DNA of 64,000 nucleotides, taken from Azolla caroliniana (taxonomy: Eukaryota > Plantae > Polypodiophyta). The position numbers and the translations under genes are program-made. The notes beneath the pieces are model-generated. The model saw only the letters and a list, made by a program, of their open reading frames with translations, ran no database searches and was not told where the DNA came from. Each line of letters starts with the position of its first letter. Position 1 is the stretch's first letter. This document shows, piece by piece, positions 26,393-37,784 of this stretch. The stretch is taken from contig JBHGNT010000013.1 in the NCBI GenBank assembly GCA_043228905.1, forward strand, positions 7,006,001-7,070,000, given 5' to 3'.

Positions 26393-29300
26393 TCATAAGT
26401 ACCGTCGCAACTCCACAGCATATTTTCCTTTCTTAGTCGTATTTATCTCCCCAATCTATGTGTGCCAGTTCAATAGTGTCAAATATATAAGTTTCCAACA
26501 CTAATTAATGAATAAAGAAGAAAGCAGGTTAAGTTAACCTTCCAAGTTCTCACCTCTAGCCTGCCTTTCTGATGTATTGAGATAATGTCACCAGTCTTGA
26601 GACTAAATCCATTTTTAGTTACTTCTTTCCAATTCACGCGGACATCACCACCACTGCACTAACAACAAGATTTACGTTCACTATTATACACTTTAAAAAA
26701 GGCATTCCAATCCCCGACACCCCACGCCCCAGTTCCAATCCACAATCAAAAGATTGTGGATTGGGAACGAACCTTCATTGGACACCAAACCTTCCGGAAC
26801 GGAAAGGTTTGGTATCCAGTTACACTGCATTGCTAAACGGGTATTATCAGTTTATAGAAGGAGCTTCAACAGAAGCTAAGTCTAGAGGGATGTTATGAGC
26901 GTTACGTTCATGCATAACTTCCATACCTAGGTTAACACGGTTTATGATATCCGCCCAGGTGTTAATAACACGACCTTGGCTGTCAACCACTGATTGGTTG
27001 AAGTTAAAACGAAATGCCATTTGTAAGAGAGAAAAAGTACCTAATCAAATCGACAAGCTTTGAGCGTGACATCTTGAATCCAGCACTTGCCAATGCATCC
27101 ACCCTTAGTGAAGCTTCTATCGACTTGATAACTTGAACTCTAGAGAGAAGTTGGATACAATGCGTTGAATAGATGCTTAGAAGAAATCCACATTCTTTAT
27201 TTCCATATGCACAAATGCAATATCTGACCTCGGAGGTGCATATTGAATATCCTCCAACAAAATCTTTTTACACAATACAGGAATCTTACCAACCTACACA
27301 CAAAAAACCATAAATAACCTTCTCATAGTCTACACATGCAACCTTGAAGATAGCAACTTTAAGATAACCTGCTCAATTCAAATTCTCAGTGCATATTATT
27401 ATGCTTGCCTGTGTAAGAGCAGCCACAAAATAGTCTGCTAGATCGGGAACAATAATTACTTGTGCACCAACATCTCCCTGCACCATCACAACCAAAAAGT
27501 ACAAACACAATGCTTAAGCTGAGGATCTAATTATTTAACTGCGAAATCCAAGAACTAGCACTGATAACAAAATAATGATAAAAAGAAGGAACAATTATGC
27601 ATCAAGAAAGTGAATTGTTCAGGTTTCAACTTAAACAAAAAGCAAAACAAAAAAGTTGCCATCAGCAAAGGAGTACTGTCTCAGTAGAAAGATTACAACT
27701 GTTTGTAGTGTGTATGTTAAGTTGTCTAGACTCTACACAGTAACAAAAGAAAAATACCTTTCTACATTGGCTTCCTATAATTAAATGGCTTGAAATGTAA
27801 TCATGAATCATGAATAATCAACAATCTGGTTTGGCGCCTGATCACTGGAACTCAAATTGTTGCCTTCTGAAAATAGCCATAATGAGGTTATCTAAAACAA
27901 GGGTGTCTCCAATGCCATGTGATGATGGATTTTAATATTGTAAGAATGGCGTCATGCCAGTTGGTATCAGCAACATTAACAACAGAAAGAAAATGGTTCT
28001 ACTTGTTGTGACTCTGAATGGGGAGTAGAAAGAAAGAAAGATATATTAACGTCTTTTAAGAGGCCAAAATGGCCTATAAGACGAAATAAGAGATTACATC
28101 TTGAGTGTTGTCTCGTCTTTGAGAACAAATCAAAATAAAATAAATATTGCACAGTAAATATAAAAGTAAATAAGATGAAAAGAGAAGAAACGAGGGAATC
28201 TGGTTTTTGGCACATGTGAGATTCTCAAGTTAGGTATATTGCAGCTTTTGTCTTCGAAAGATCTCTAGCATAGGTCGATCCAGAATGGAAATGTCTCCGA
28301 AGCGAGGGAAGCACCTACGATGGCGGGAGAGATAATGGCTTTTATCTATCGATGACAAGGGTGTCGAGGTCGTGGTCCATGGGGCCGGGGCCTACGTGCA
28401 CGGCAAATTGCTATTGCCCGATCAATTGTAACCCCTTTGTTATGTCCTGGTCTGGAGCCCATTTGTGTAGAGAAAACCGTAGATAAAAGCAGTCAGTGAT
28501 TCATATGTTGTCTGATACCTTAAGAAGTATCGGATGGAGTAAAAGCTGATATCTGTATTTAATATATGGTTCTAGTTGTTGTGACTCTAAATCCAGAGTA
28601 GAGAAGACCCTAGATAAAAGCAGTGACTGATTCATAGGTTGTCTGATACCTTCAGAAGTATCAGGTAGGTAAACGCTGATTTCTGTATTTAATATAAGTG
28701 CATCCATAGAAGATGTTTCAACTAAGTAAATGTTAAAAGTTTCTTTTGTGCACCACGAAATGCAGGAATTCTAACTCTGTAGTATTTGATCACCTCTGTG
28801 TGCCCTGAGTTGTGAATTTCCATAATCCTGCCATTGAGATTCATGTGAGTTCACACCATTATCCATGATAAATATCTATTATTTACTAATTCTCTTCCCT
28901 CTCTTCAGATCACATTTCTCTTTTGACAACGTTATTCCCAAGAACATTGAAAAACTTATATAAATAAATCAGAACATGAGTACAAACACCCTTCTATTTA
29001 ATAGGATAAATCAATACTTTCTAGAACCATTCACTAAAGAAGAAAATGTGATTAATGAGAAATATAAGTATCTCTAAAAATGGACAACAGCGAAAGCAGT
29101 CAGCCTGCATATTCTCAAATGCCTCTCAATGACTTAGAATCATTCCATTTCATCAATGTTCTATTTCATCATGTTTCAACAAGATTCAGGTCTTCAAACA
29201 ATTATTGGTCTCTTTACTAAAATTTCAAAAACAATGGCACACAAAATAAAAATATTTAGAAATGGATGACACACACGTCCATACACAAATAGAAATGGAT

Positions 29301-32300
29301 AAATCAATACTTTCTAGAGCCATTCGCTAAAGAAGAAAATGTGATTAATGAGAAATATAAGTATCTCTAAAAATGGACAACAACAACAGCAGTCAGCCTG
29401 CATATTTTCAAATGCCTCTCAATGACTTAGAATCATTCCATTTCATCAATGTTCTATTTCATCATGTTTCAACAAGATTCAGGTCTTCAAACAATTATTG
29501 GTTTCTTTACGAAAATTTCAAAAACAATGGGACACAAAAAAAAAAATTAGAAATGGATGACACACACGTCCATACACAAATAGCCATGTGCGTTGTACTG
29601 CTATTTAAATTCGATAACATTGAACTGGTATGAAAAAAATCATGAATATAGAAGCATTGATTAGAACTTGTCACCTGCACAAGAATGTCCCCAACTTTTT
29701 CACGAACAATGCCTGTGCCCAAGATAGAACCAAGGAAATCACCATGGCTAGGTGGATCATACATAAAGTCACCAATGATGCTGAAAAGGAAAACACATTG
29801 TGTCACATGTAAGCTATAGTAATACGCTGCATACAGGGTATTTGAAAACTAATTATGTTTTAAATACCCAATTATGCTAGAATCAACCTGAGAGCTGCCA
29901 CTGCACCTGGATATCCAATATAGTCATTTTCAACATTTCCCAAGGCCTCTTTACGTCCAAAAGAAATTCGACAACGCTCTGCCTATCCTGACACAATGAA
30001 ATCATCTCAAAGCAACTTGAATAAAATGCTATCATTTACATTGAAAAAGGAGCTATACCTGAGGATAACCCCCTGATACAACCACGCCAATATCAGACAG
30101 CCGTTTCAATACTTTAAGAGCATCATCAATGGCTGGCGGTGTAAGAAAGTCTGAATGTGTCACCTCCCATCTTTCAATTGCTAACTTTGCCTGCACAAAC
30201 CATGCAGTATACGTAGATGCAGCTTAATAATCTATTTATTTGCACCCTCAAAAACTCTCGGTATCTATTGGCATATGACTAACTTTTAATAGTCTCTCTC
30301 CCTCTCTCCTCATATGGAGAAGTTATGGCAGAAGAGGTTGGTCTAAAGCAAAAAACTCAAGACATGAGTGAAGTAACGGAATAGGGCAACACTGTCTAGC
30401 CTTGGTAAGGGCATATGGATTGTCACAACGGTCCGGATCAGATGCATTGACATGTTGGAAACCAAACGAAGGTGCAAGCACAGTCGATTACCTGATGGGA
30501 TCTCCATCTCTTATACCTGAAATAGAAGAGTTCACTATATTTGGTAGACCTGTTGGCTTGGCAGAAGATCATGCATATCTACGCTTTGAGGTGAAGGATG
30601 GATGCACAAGGGATGTATATGCTACGAAGGAGAGTGGGCTGGCTAAGTACCCATTTATTTGAGAGACAATTGATGTGTGTTGTTGTGGAGTATATAATGG
30701 CATGCTAGATATGGATCCTTTTGCACTCATAGATGAAGGAACACAAGGATTGTCAAAGTCATTGCATAATGCAGCCACAAATACTTTTCCTCACACAATG
30801 GGCAATGACCCCAAACTTGGTAGAGTCATACAAAATAGTTGGTATGATGAGAAATGTTGTGATCAAAGGAGATGATTGCAACACAAAGTAACTCGGGGTA
30901 TTTATACCACAAACAAGCAAGAGCAACCTTCCAACGATTCGTGAGGAAGAAGAAGAGATTGTATTTAGCTAAATTTGAAGATCATTCGTATTGCTTGCTT
31001 CTAGGACAAGAAAGTAAAAGAGCATGGAAAATGTTTAATGAGAGGCAACCTACCACACAACTGACCTCACCTCAGGTATTGCATGAATATGCAGAGGTAC
31101 TATATGGTATCCCAGGGCAGCCTCCACTTCCCCACCGACATGACTCACACCCACATGAATCCACCTTTTTACTCCACAAAATGTAAGAAATGCCATTGAT
31201 CAGTTACAATTTGGGAAGGCCAATGATCATTACGGATTGATAGATGAGCACTTTACCTATGACCGTGACATCTTGCTCCATTGCTAGCACACATCTTTAA
31301 TAGAGCTATGTGTGACGATTTCCCTACCAGACGGACAGAACATACCACAGTGCCAATCCTCAAGAGTGGAGACACCATGATACCAAGCAACTATAGGACA
31401 ATCACGATTGGCCATTAATTGGCTAAATTATATGTCTCAATCCTACATTCATAATTGAGTAAATGGGCAGGACAAGCAGGTTTTTGGACGGTGTTCACAA
31501 CTTTGGATTACATATTGACTCTCCGAGCCCTTATCAAGGAGGGCAGAGCCCATAGTAAGGAGTTATTGCCACTATGTGGATTTCCAAAAAGCCTTTGACA
31601 TTGCCATGTGCTCGGCTTATGCAACAACTAGAAACCCTTGGCGTCCCTATAGATCTGCAATGGGAAATCTATGCACTGTATGAATCCGTGTCAGGAAACG
31701 TGCGGTCTCCCAATTGTTTGTCAAAGCCTGTGGCTAGCACAATCAGAGTAAAACGAGGATGCCCACAGTCATGCACTCCCTTCTGTCTCTATATAAATGA
31801 GGTATCACATTAGGCAGAGATTTGGGGAATTGGGCGCATGCCTAGCGGATATAGCTACACAAATATTATTATGTGCTGATTTATGACTCTCTGGAGGGCC
31901 TACAAAGACATCTAAATGCCTTAAAAGTATGGAGGTTCATAACATTCCCAAACTTGTGATTCCCCACAGACAGTTAAAAGTTCGGTTTCCTATTTAATTA
32001 CGAGTTTATTACCTGGAAACGGTTTATCACCTGCTACAGATCTACGGACATTCAGCACCAATTGAAAGCAGTCCGACACTTTTGTTGAAAGAGAAGTGTA
32101 GTAAAAATGGAGCAAGTTTAAATCTTCAGGATTCAAGCATTTACACTTCAGCTTTGTAATGGTATTCTATAGAGGCACCGTAATCACACAGTGCCGCCAT
32201 TACCCCATTATTATTAACATATGATAGGGAGAATGTTTGAGGAGAACTTATGGCGAGCGTACCTGTTCGAGTATGCGTACAGTTGATTCAACATGATCCT

Positions 32301-32681
32301 TGTGCACGGAAGCCAGTAGGAGGTCTTTCTGATCACCTGATGGTGGGGTTTTCGCTGCAAAGCACAGAACTGAAGAAGAAAAAAGTCCCGTCAATAAATC
32401 TGTGGAGAGAAAGAAAGAAAGAAAGGGAAGAGATGAAGAGAGAGAGAGAGAGCTATGGATGGACCTGTTTGCTTCAAGCTCGGATTGGGAAGGGGAGAGG
32501 AGAGAAGAAACGATGAGCATTTCCTGACGAAAGAAGAGGAAGAGGTCTGTGAAGATGATGAAGAAGAAGAGGTAAAGCACAGCGCAGACGTGGAACAACA
32601 GTAGTGGAGCAGGTTGAAGGAGGCGGAGGCAGGTGCAGGTGCAGGTGCAGGTGCAGGTGCCATGTATGCCATGTATGCCAT
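26393..32681 (-). CDS. Chloroplast-targeted S4-domain RNA-binding protein, YlmH/Sll1252 (photosystem II S4 domain) family; 10 exons, 350 aa
   Basis: Exons 32681-32465, 32369-32263, 30190-30059, 29982-29888, 29780-29675, 27477-27409, 27293-27229, 27139-27041, 26653-26554, 26455-26393 join in frame (1053 nt). Motifs [69 protein letters not shown]; Ser/Ala-rich transit peptide. Confidence 0.93.
26700..27020 (-). pseudogene. psbA: Nuclear plastid insertion (NUPT): psbA 3' end plus 3' UTR/spacer
   Basis: 27020-26848 reads MAF-(small deletion)[53 protein letters not shown], the D1 C-terminus; downstream boundary approximate. Confidence 0.95.
26780..26818 (-). other. psbA 3'-UTR stem-loop within the NUPT; second hairpin at 26734-26764
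   Basis: GGATACCAAACCTTTCCG-TTC-CGGAAGGTTTGGTGTCC; also perfect CCAATCCACAATC-AAAA-GATTGTGGATTGG. Confidence 0.8.
28481..28696. repeat. Diverged ~131-bp tandem repeat in intron 5; a related piece lies near 27993-28040
   Basis: AGATAAAAGCAGT...CTGTATTTAATAT occurs twice; ATGGTTCTA.TTGTTGTGACTCT at ~27993 and ~28566. Confidence 0.7.
29004..29583. repeat. 293-bp tandem duplication in intron 5
   Basis: GGATAAATCAATACTTTCTAGA... starts at 29004 and 29297; both copies end CATACACAAATAG. Confidence 0.92.
30310..31930 (+). mobile_element. Decayed LINE fragment (endonuclease tail + RT), antisense in intron 2
   Basis: [39 protein letters not shown] motifs across broken frames. Confidence 0.82.
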
Positions 32682-32762
32682 GTGTTGATCGGGGGGAGGG
32701 GGGGAAATATATATCAATATGTATGTATGTATGTACGTATATACATACATACATATATAGAG

Positions 32763-32893
32763 AACAAAAATTAGCAAATGAGCCCAAAAACTCCTTATTG
32801 TCTATTTCTACCTTATTAGCAAATGTGCGAGAGATAGAGAGACAAAAATTAGCAAATGAGCTCAAAAACTCCTTATTGTCTATTTCTACCTTA
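32763..32893. repeat. ~50-bp direct repeat just upstream of the S4 gene start codon
   Basis: ACAAAAATTAGCAAATGAGC.CAAAAACTCCTTATTGTCTATTTCTACCTTA twice, period 78. Confidence 0.85.
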
Positions 32894-35184
32894 GTCACTC
32901 CATCGCCAACAAACTCCTCAGCAACTTTCATATTCTCCCTTACACACCAGGAAGATACCTTTCCTTTGGAGGGTCAAACAATGGTTACGTGAGATTTTAC
33001 AAGCTGAGTGTGTTCAAGATGTTTATGCCGGTCCTCATGGATTTTATGAGGTTGTTTTGGTATCACAAGAGTATAAAGTGAAATTACTCAATAAATTTTC
33101 AGTTTTTTATGTGAAAAGTTCGGTTCATATTGTTCCGTGGAGGCCACTAGTGGAATGCCAAGATATATTAAGGCAAGAGTGTCTCGTATGGGTTGAGGTA
33201 GAGTGCACATATTTAGTGGTTTGGCCAATATTACGGTCAACGATGGAAAAGTTGGGAAAGATCTTGGTGCCTCCTAGTGCTAATGCTCAAAATCAATATC
33301 GGATGTGTATTATTTGGAATACTGCTATAAAGAGGCCAAGTTGTTTACAGATTGCATGCTCTGGTATGTCGTCTATGTATTTTCGACTTAAATGGGGTAC
33401 ATTTGCAGTACATTGTTTCCATTGTGGTGTGTTGGGGTGGGGCATTTTATGGCTTAGTGTCCTCAAAAAAGAAATAATGTAGTGGAAGTGGTACATGAAG
33501 AGCCTCCAACTCATGATCATATTCAAACTTTGACAATTTTTGAGCAAACAAAGGAATCACAAATTGTGAATGAGAAGGATGGAAAGACTCTAGCGGATGA
33601 AGGACAATGGTCAATAGTTTCTGGAAAGATGAAGAAGTATAATAAGAATGTTAGGCATAATGTACCTATGGAGAAGGTCACACCGATTCAACAAAGAAAT
33701 CCCATGCGGAATAAACCATGGGCTCATTAAGAGGACTATCCAAATAAATTATCTTTTGATAATACAGGTAATTTCTATGATCCTTGAAATAAATGGAAAT
33801 CGATGCCTCGTTCACATGAGGAGCCAATCGGGGTCTGGAGTTTTGCATTCCCATAGTAATTCATCTGCAATCTTAGGGGATTTATTTCAAAATATGGCAG
33901 AAACATTAATAGTGAAGGAGAAGGAGATTTCTCGAATAAAAGGAAAAAATAAAGTATGAAGATCACCACATGGAATGTGAGGGGATTGTGTTCTAGATGT
34001 AGAATGCATGAGGTTTGGAGCAATGGGATGTTTTATGTGCAGTAGAGCATAAAGATCATCATAATGTTGGTTTAATTAGTTATTCTAAGGGTTATACATT
34101 ATGTTATGCTAGCAAGGTTCATGGGGATTATTCTGGTATTGTCATGTTTATAAGAGATAAATTTCACCCAAAAGTAATTGTTTCAGATAAATTTGGAAGA
34201 TTTATTGTGGTAGAGATATGCTATGAAGGGCAAGTTCTTTGGTTAGTTGGTGTGTATGCATCGAATGTTTCACAAGAACGAAAGTTGTTATGGAGATCTC
34301 TAAACTCAATGCTTGATAATGGTAGACCAGGTTTATTGATAGGAGATTTTAATGTTTGTGGTGAGATAGATCAAACAACATCTATCCACTCTATTATGGA
34401 TGGACCAGAGGCTCAAGAATAGGGAGATTTTGAGACTGAAGTCATGTTAAGGGATGTATGGAAATGGTCAAGGGAGATGAATCCGGTTATACATTTCAAT
34501 TGGCTCAATATAAGGATACTTGGAGTAGGTTGGATCGAATGTATGTGTAAAGAATAAAGAGATGGATTCTAAGCAGCGGAATAGATATGAACTGTGTGTG
34601 TATGAGAGAGAGTGAGAGAGACAAGGAGTAAGATACAGAGAATACGCAAGGTAAAGTTATATTAACAAAGGAGAAACACTCGACATTATACAAGGAGGGA
34701 AGGGGGTTCTTATATATAGTCACCCTCTCTCTTCATTAACTACAAGACTCATGGAGCATGGGGAATGTGAAAGCTCATAAGTGTAAAGAATCAAGAGATG
34801 GATTCTTGTGAAGCGTAAGAGATGTGAGTTATGTGTGTGTGTAAGAGAGAGAGAGAGAGAGTGGGTGAAACATAGAGAATACGCAATGTAAAAGTATATT
34901 GACAAAGGAGAAAGACTCAACAACTATACAAGGTGGGAGGAGGGTGCTTTATATAGTCACCCTCTCTCTTCATTAACTACAAGACTCATGGAGCATGGGG
35001 AATGTGAAAGCTCATAAGTTATGTGTCATAGAATATGATTCTATGACTCATACTAAATGCTAGAATACAAAGTGGTGACATAATGGTGACTCTTGACCGT
35101 TTGAGTGTCTATTCACTCTCAAGGTGAGTTCACACACTAGACCAAGATGAGCTTGATTCTCAACACGCCCCCGCAAGCTCAAGT

Positions 35185-35627
35185 TGTCAGGAATAGTACT
35201 AAAGCAGAGATGGAATTAGTACTAATAAGAGAAGTACTATTAGTACTAAGAAGACGGGACTGCGTGAGATTCCTGAGAGAGGAAGTGAGAAGAGGAGAGA
35301 GAGATAGCGAGGATGAGAGAGAGAGAAAGATGATGACAACAACTAATATATTATGTGAAAAGATAAGTACAATGCGGCTAAGAGGCTTAAGATTGGTGTT
35401 GAACCAATTTGGTTCAACATAATGTCTAGTGCCTTCTTTTATAGTGTTGTCAGGAGTAATCCTGAAACTTCTAGAATGTTCCAGAGAAATCTGGAATATA
35501 CATTACATTCTTATAATAAAATATAAATAAAAATAATATCTTATGAATTATAATAAATGGTGTGATGGTTAAGAGCTCGACCCATATACCATAAGGTAAT
35601 GGGTTCGAGTCTTGCCATATCATGACA
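35185..35627 (-). mobile_element. Solo LTR (443 bp) in the 3' UTR of element D
   Basis: TGTCA...TGACA termini, TSD CAAGT; absent at the homologous site of E (~40499); orientation inferred from minus-strand CTATAAAAG. Confidence 0.9.
35558..35622 (+). promoter_or_regulatory. tRNA-like Pol III A/B-box cassette at the end of the solo LTR
   Basis: TGGTGTGATGGTTAA (35558) and GGTTCGAGTC (35602), 44 nt start to start. Confidence 0.55.
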
Positions 35628-37784
35628 CAAGTCGGGTCGGTTTCAGACGGTATCCGAAATCTGTTTCGACTCATGTTCCGGAGTCCGCGTCGACTCGTGT
35701 CGACTCGTTTTATGCGGAGTTGCGGAATCCGTGCTCCAACTTGCATTGTGCGTAGTTGCGAAGTCTGTGCTTCGACTTGCGTCTTTCTTCGCGGCTTTGC
35801 ACGGTGGATCGGCTCTCCACGGCTTCGATGCGTGGTTTGCGGAATCCATGCATTATTGCGTAGTGCGTGGTTGCGGAATCTACGCGTTATTGCGTAGTGT
35901 CTTGCGTACTCCCCCTCAAGCTGGGCAGGTCAGGGATCATCAATCCGAGATCGGTCATGAATTGCCATAGCTTGTCGACTCCTAAGGCTTTAGCGAAGAT
36001 GTCTACCGTTTGAAGATTGGTGCTAATGTGTTGTAGGTCGATATCGCCAGCCAAAACGCGCTCTCGGATGAAGTGATAGTGCACTTCGATATGCTTTGTC
36101 CGTGCGTGGAACACCGGGTTCCGAGCCATGTTGTCGCAATAAAGGGAGCTCGAATCCTTGATGGGTACGTCCAGATCCTTCAAAATCCTCTTGAGCCATA
36201 TGGCTTCACCCGCAGCTACGGCTGTGCCCCTATATTCTGCCTCCGTACTCAAAAGAGCGATGGTAGGTTGCTTCTTGCTACTCCAGGATATTGCTCCACT
36301 GCCGAGGGAGAAAACAAATGCGGAGGTTGATCTTCTATCGACTTTGTAGCCGGCCCAATCGGTGTCTGTGTACCCCTCGAGTCGTATTGGCATCGCGGTC
36401 TTGTAGAGAATGTCGCAATCCATTGTGCCGCTCACGTATCGTAGAACTCGCTTAGCGCAAACCAAGTGAGTATCTCGCGGTGTTTACATGAATTGGCTAA
36501 GTAGACCGACCGGATAACTAAGATCGAATGCCAAGCACGCGGTGCTTGCTTGAGGCCGTAGAGTGGCTTCTTGAGTCAGCAAACAACTTTCGGATGGGTG
36601 CTCGAGTTGAAGACAGGTGGTTGGATCATGTACACCTCCTCTTCTAACTCGCCTTGTAGAAAGGCGTTCTTGACGTCCATTTGATGGAGGTGCCACCCTT
36701 TCGCCGCGACAAGCGCAATTACGGTTTGTACCATCGTCATCTTTGCCACCGGGTCAAAGGTCTCTTCGTAGTCAACTCTGTGCGTTTGTGCGTAGCCTTT
36801 CGCTACGAGTTGCGCTTTGTAGTGGTTGACGGAACCGTCAGAGTTGTACTTCACTTTGTAAATCCATCTGCATCCAATCGCCTTTTTGTGTGGTGAGGTG
36901 GGAACGAGATCCCACGTCTCGTTCTTCCATAGTGCTTGCATCTCCTCGTTCATTGCTTTGATCCATCGCGGGTCCTTCGCGGCTTCCGAAAAGGTTTCCG
37001 ACTCCCGTACTGTCGCTACCTTCATCATAAAGGCGTAATGGTACGCCATATAATCGTTGTAGCCGAATCGGCTTACAGGGTTCTTTTCATGAGTGGATCG
37101 GCGGAGCTTTTTATTTGTAGAGATGAGGGCTTTCTTGGCTCCGATTGGTACCTCGAAACCGCCGAACTCACTGTCGAGTGAGTGAGTTGACTCATCGTCA
37201 TTGAAGCGATCATCTTCGTATTCCAACATTTTCGCCTTGCCTTTGCCCATCTTCGGGCTAGCTCGTGATGTGCTTTGATTGCTCAAAGGCTCTTGTGGTC
37301 CGCTCAATCGGGTTGTGATTGGACTTTCTTCAAACATGCGCGTAAGGCGATCTTCATCCTCTATGTCTTGTTCGGCGTATTCCGGGTGGAGCTGAATCGG
37401 AGTCGACGTTGTCTCTGGTGCGTACCAGGATGCGGACTCGTCAAAAACGACGTCTCGACTTACTCGAGATTTTCGAGTTGAGGGGTTGTAGCACTTGTAC
37501 CCCTTTTGCCCCAGTGAGTATCCTACGAGGATACATTTCTCGGATTTCGGGTCAAGCTTTTGACGCTTCTCGTCGGGGATGTGCACGTACGCAATGGAGC
37601 CGAATATCCGAACATGTGATAGGTCCGACTTCTTTCCAAAGTATTTTTCGTGCAGAGTGACCTCGTGCACGCTGGATGTTGTGCCTCGGTTCATTAGGTA
37701 GACGACCGTATTTGCAGCTTCGGCCCAATATGACTTGGGCATATGCTTCTCGTTCATCATGGCCCGCACTACTTCGAGGATGTG

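Noticed and set aside
26848-27020. Functional psbA or plastid contamination
   Set aside because: Short fragment with a deletion and substitutions, embedded in a spliceosomal intron
32248-32931. 227-aa ORF as a standalone gene
   Set aside because: Only its last ~35 codons are exon 2 of the S4 gene; the rest is intron, another frame of exon 1 and upstream repeats
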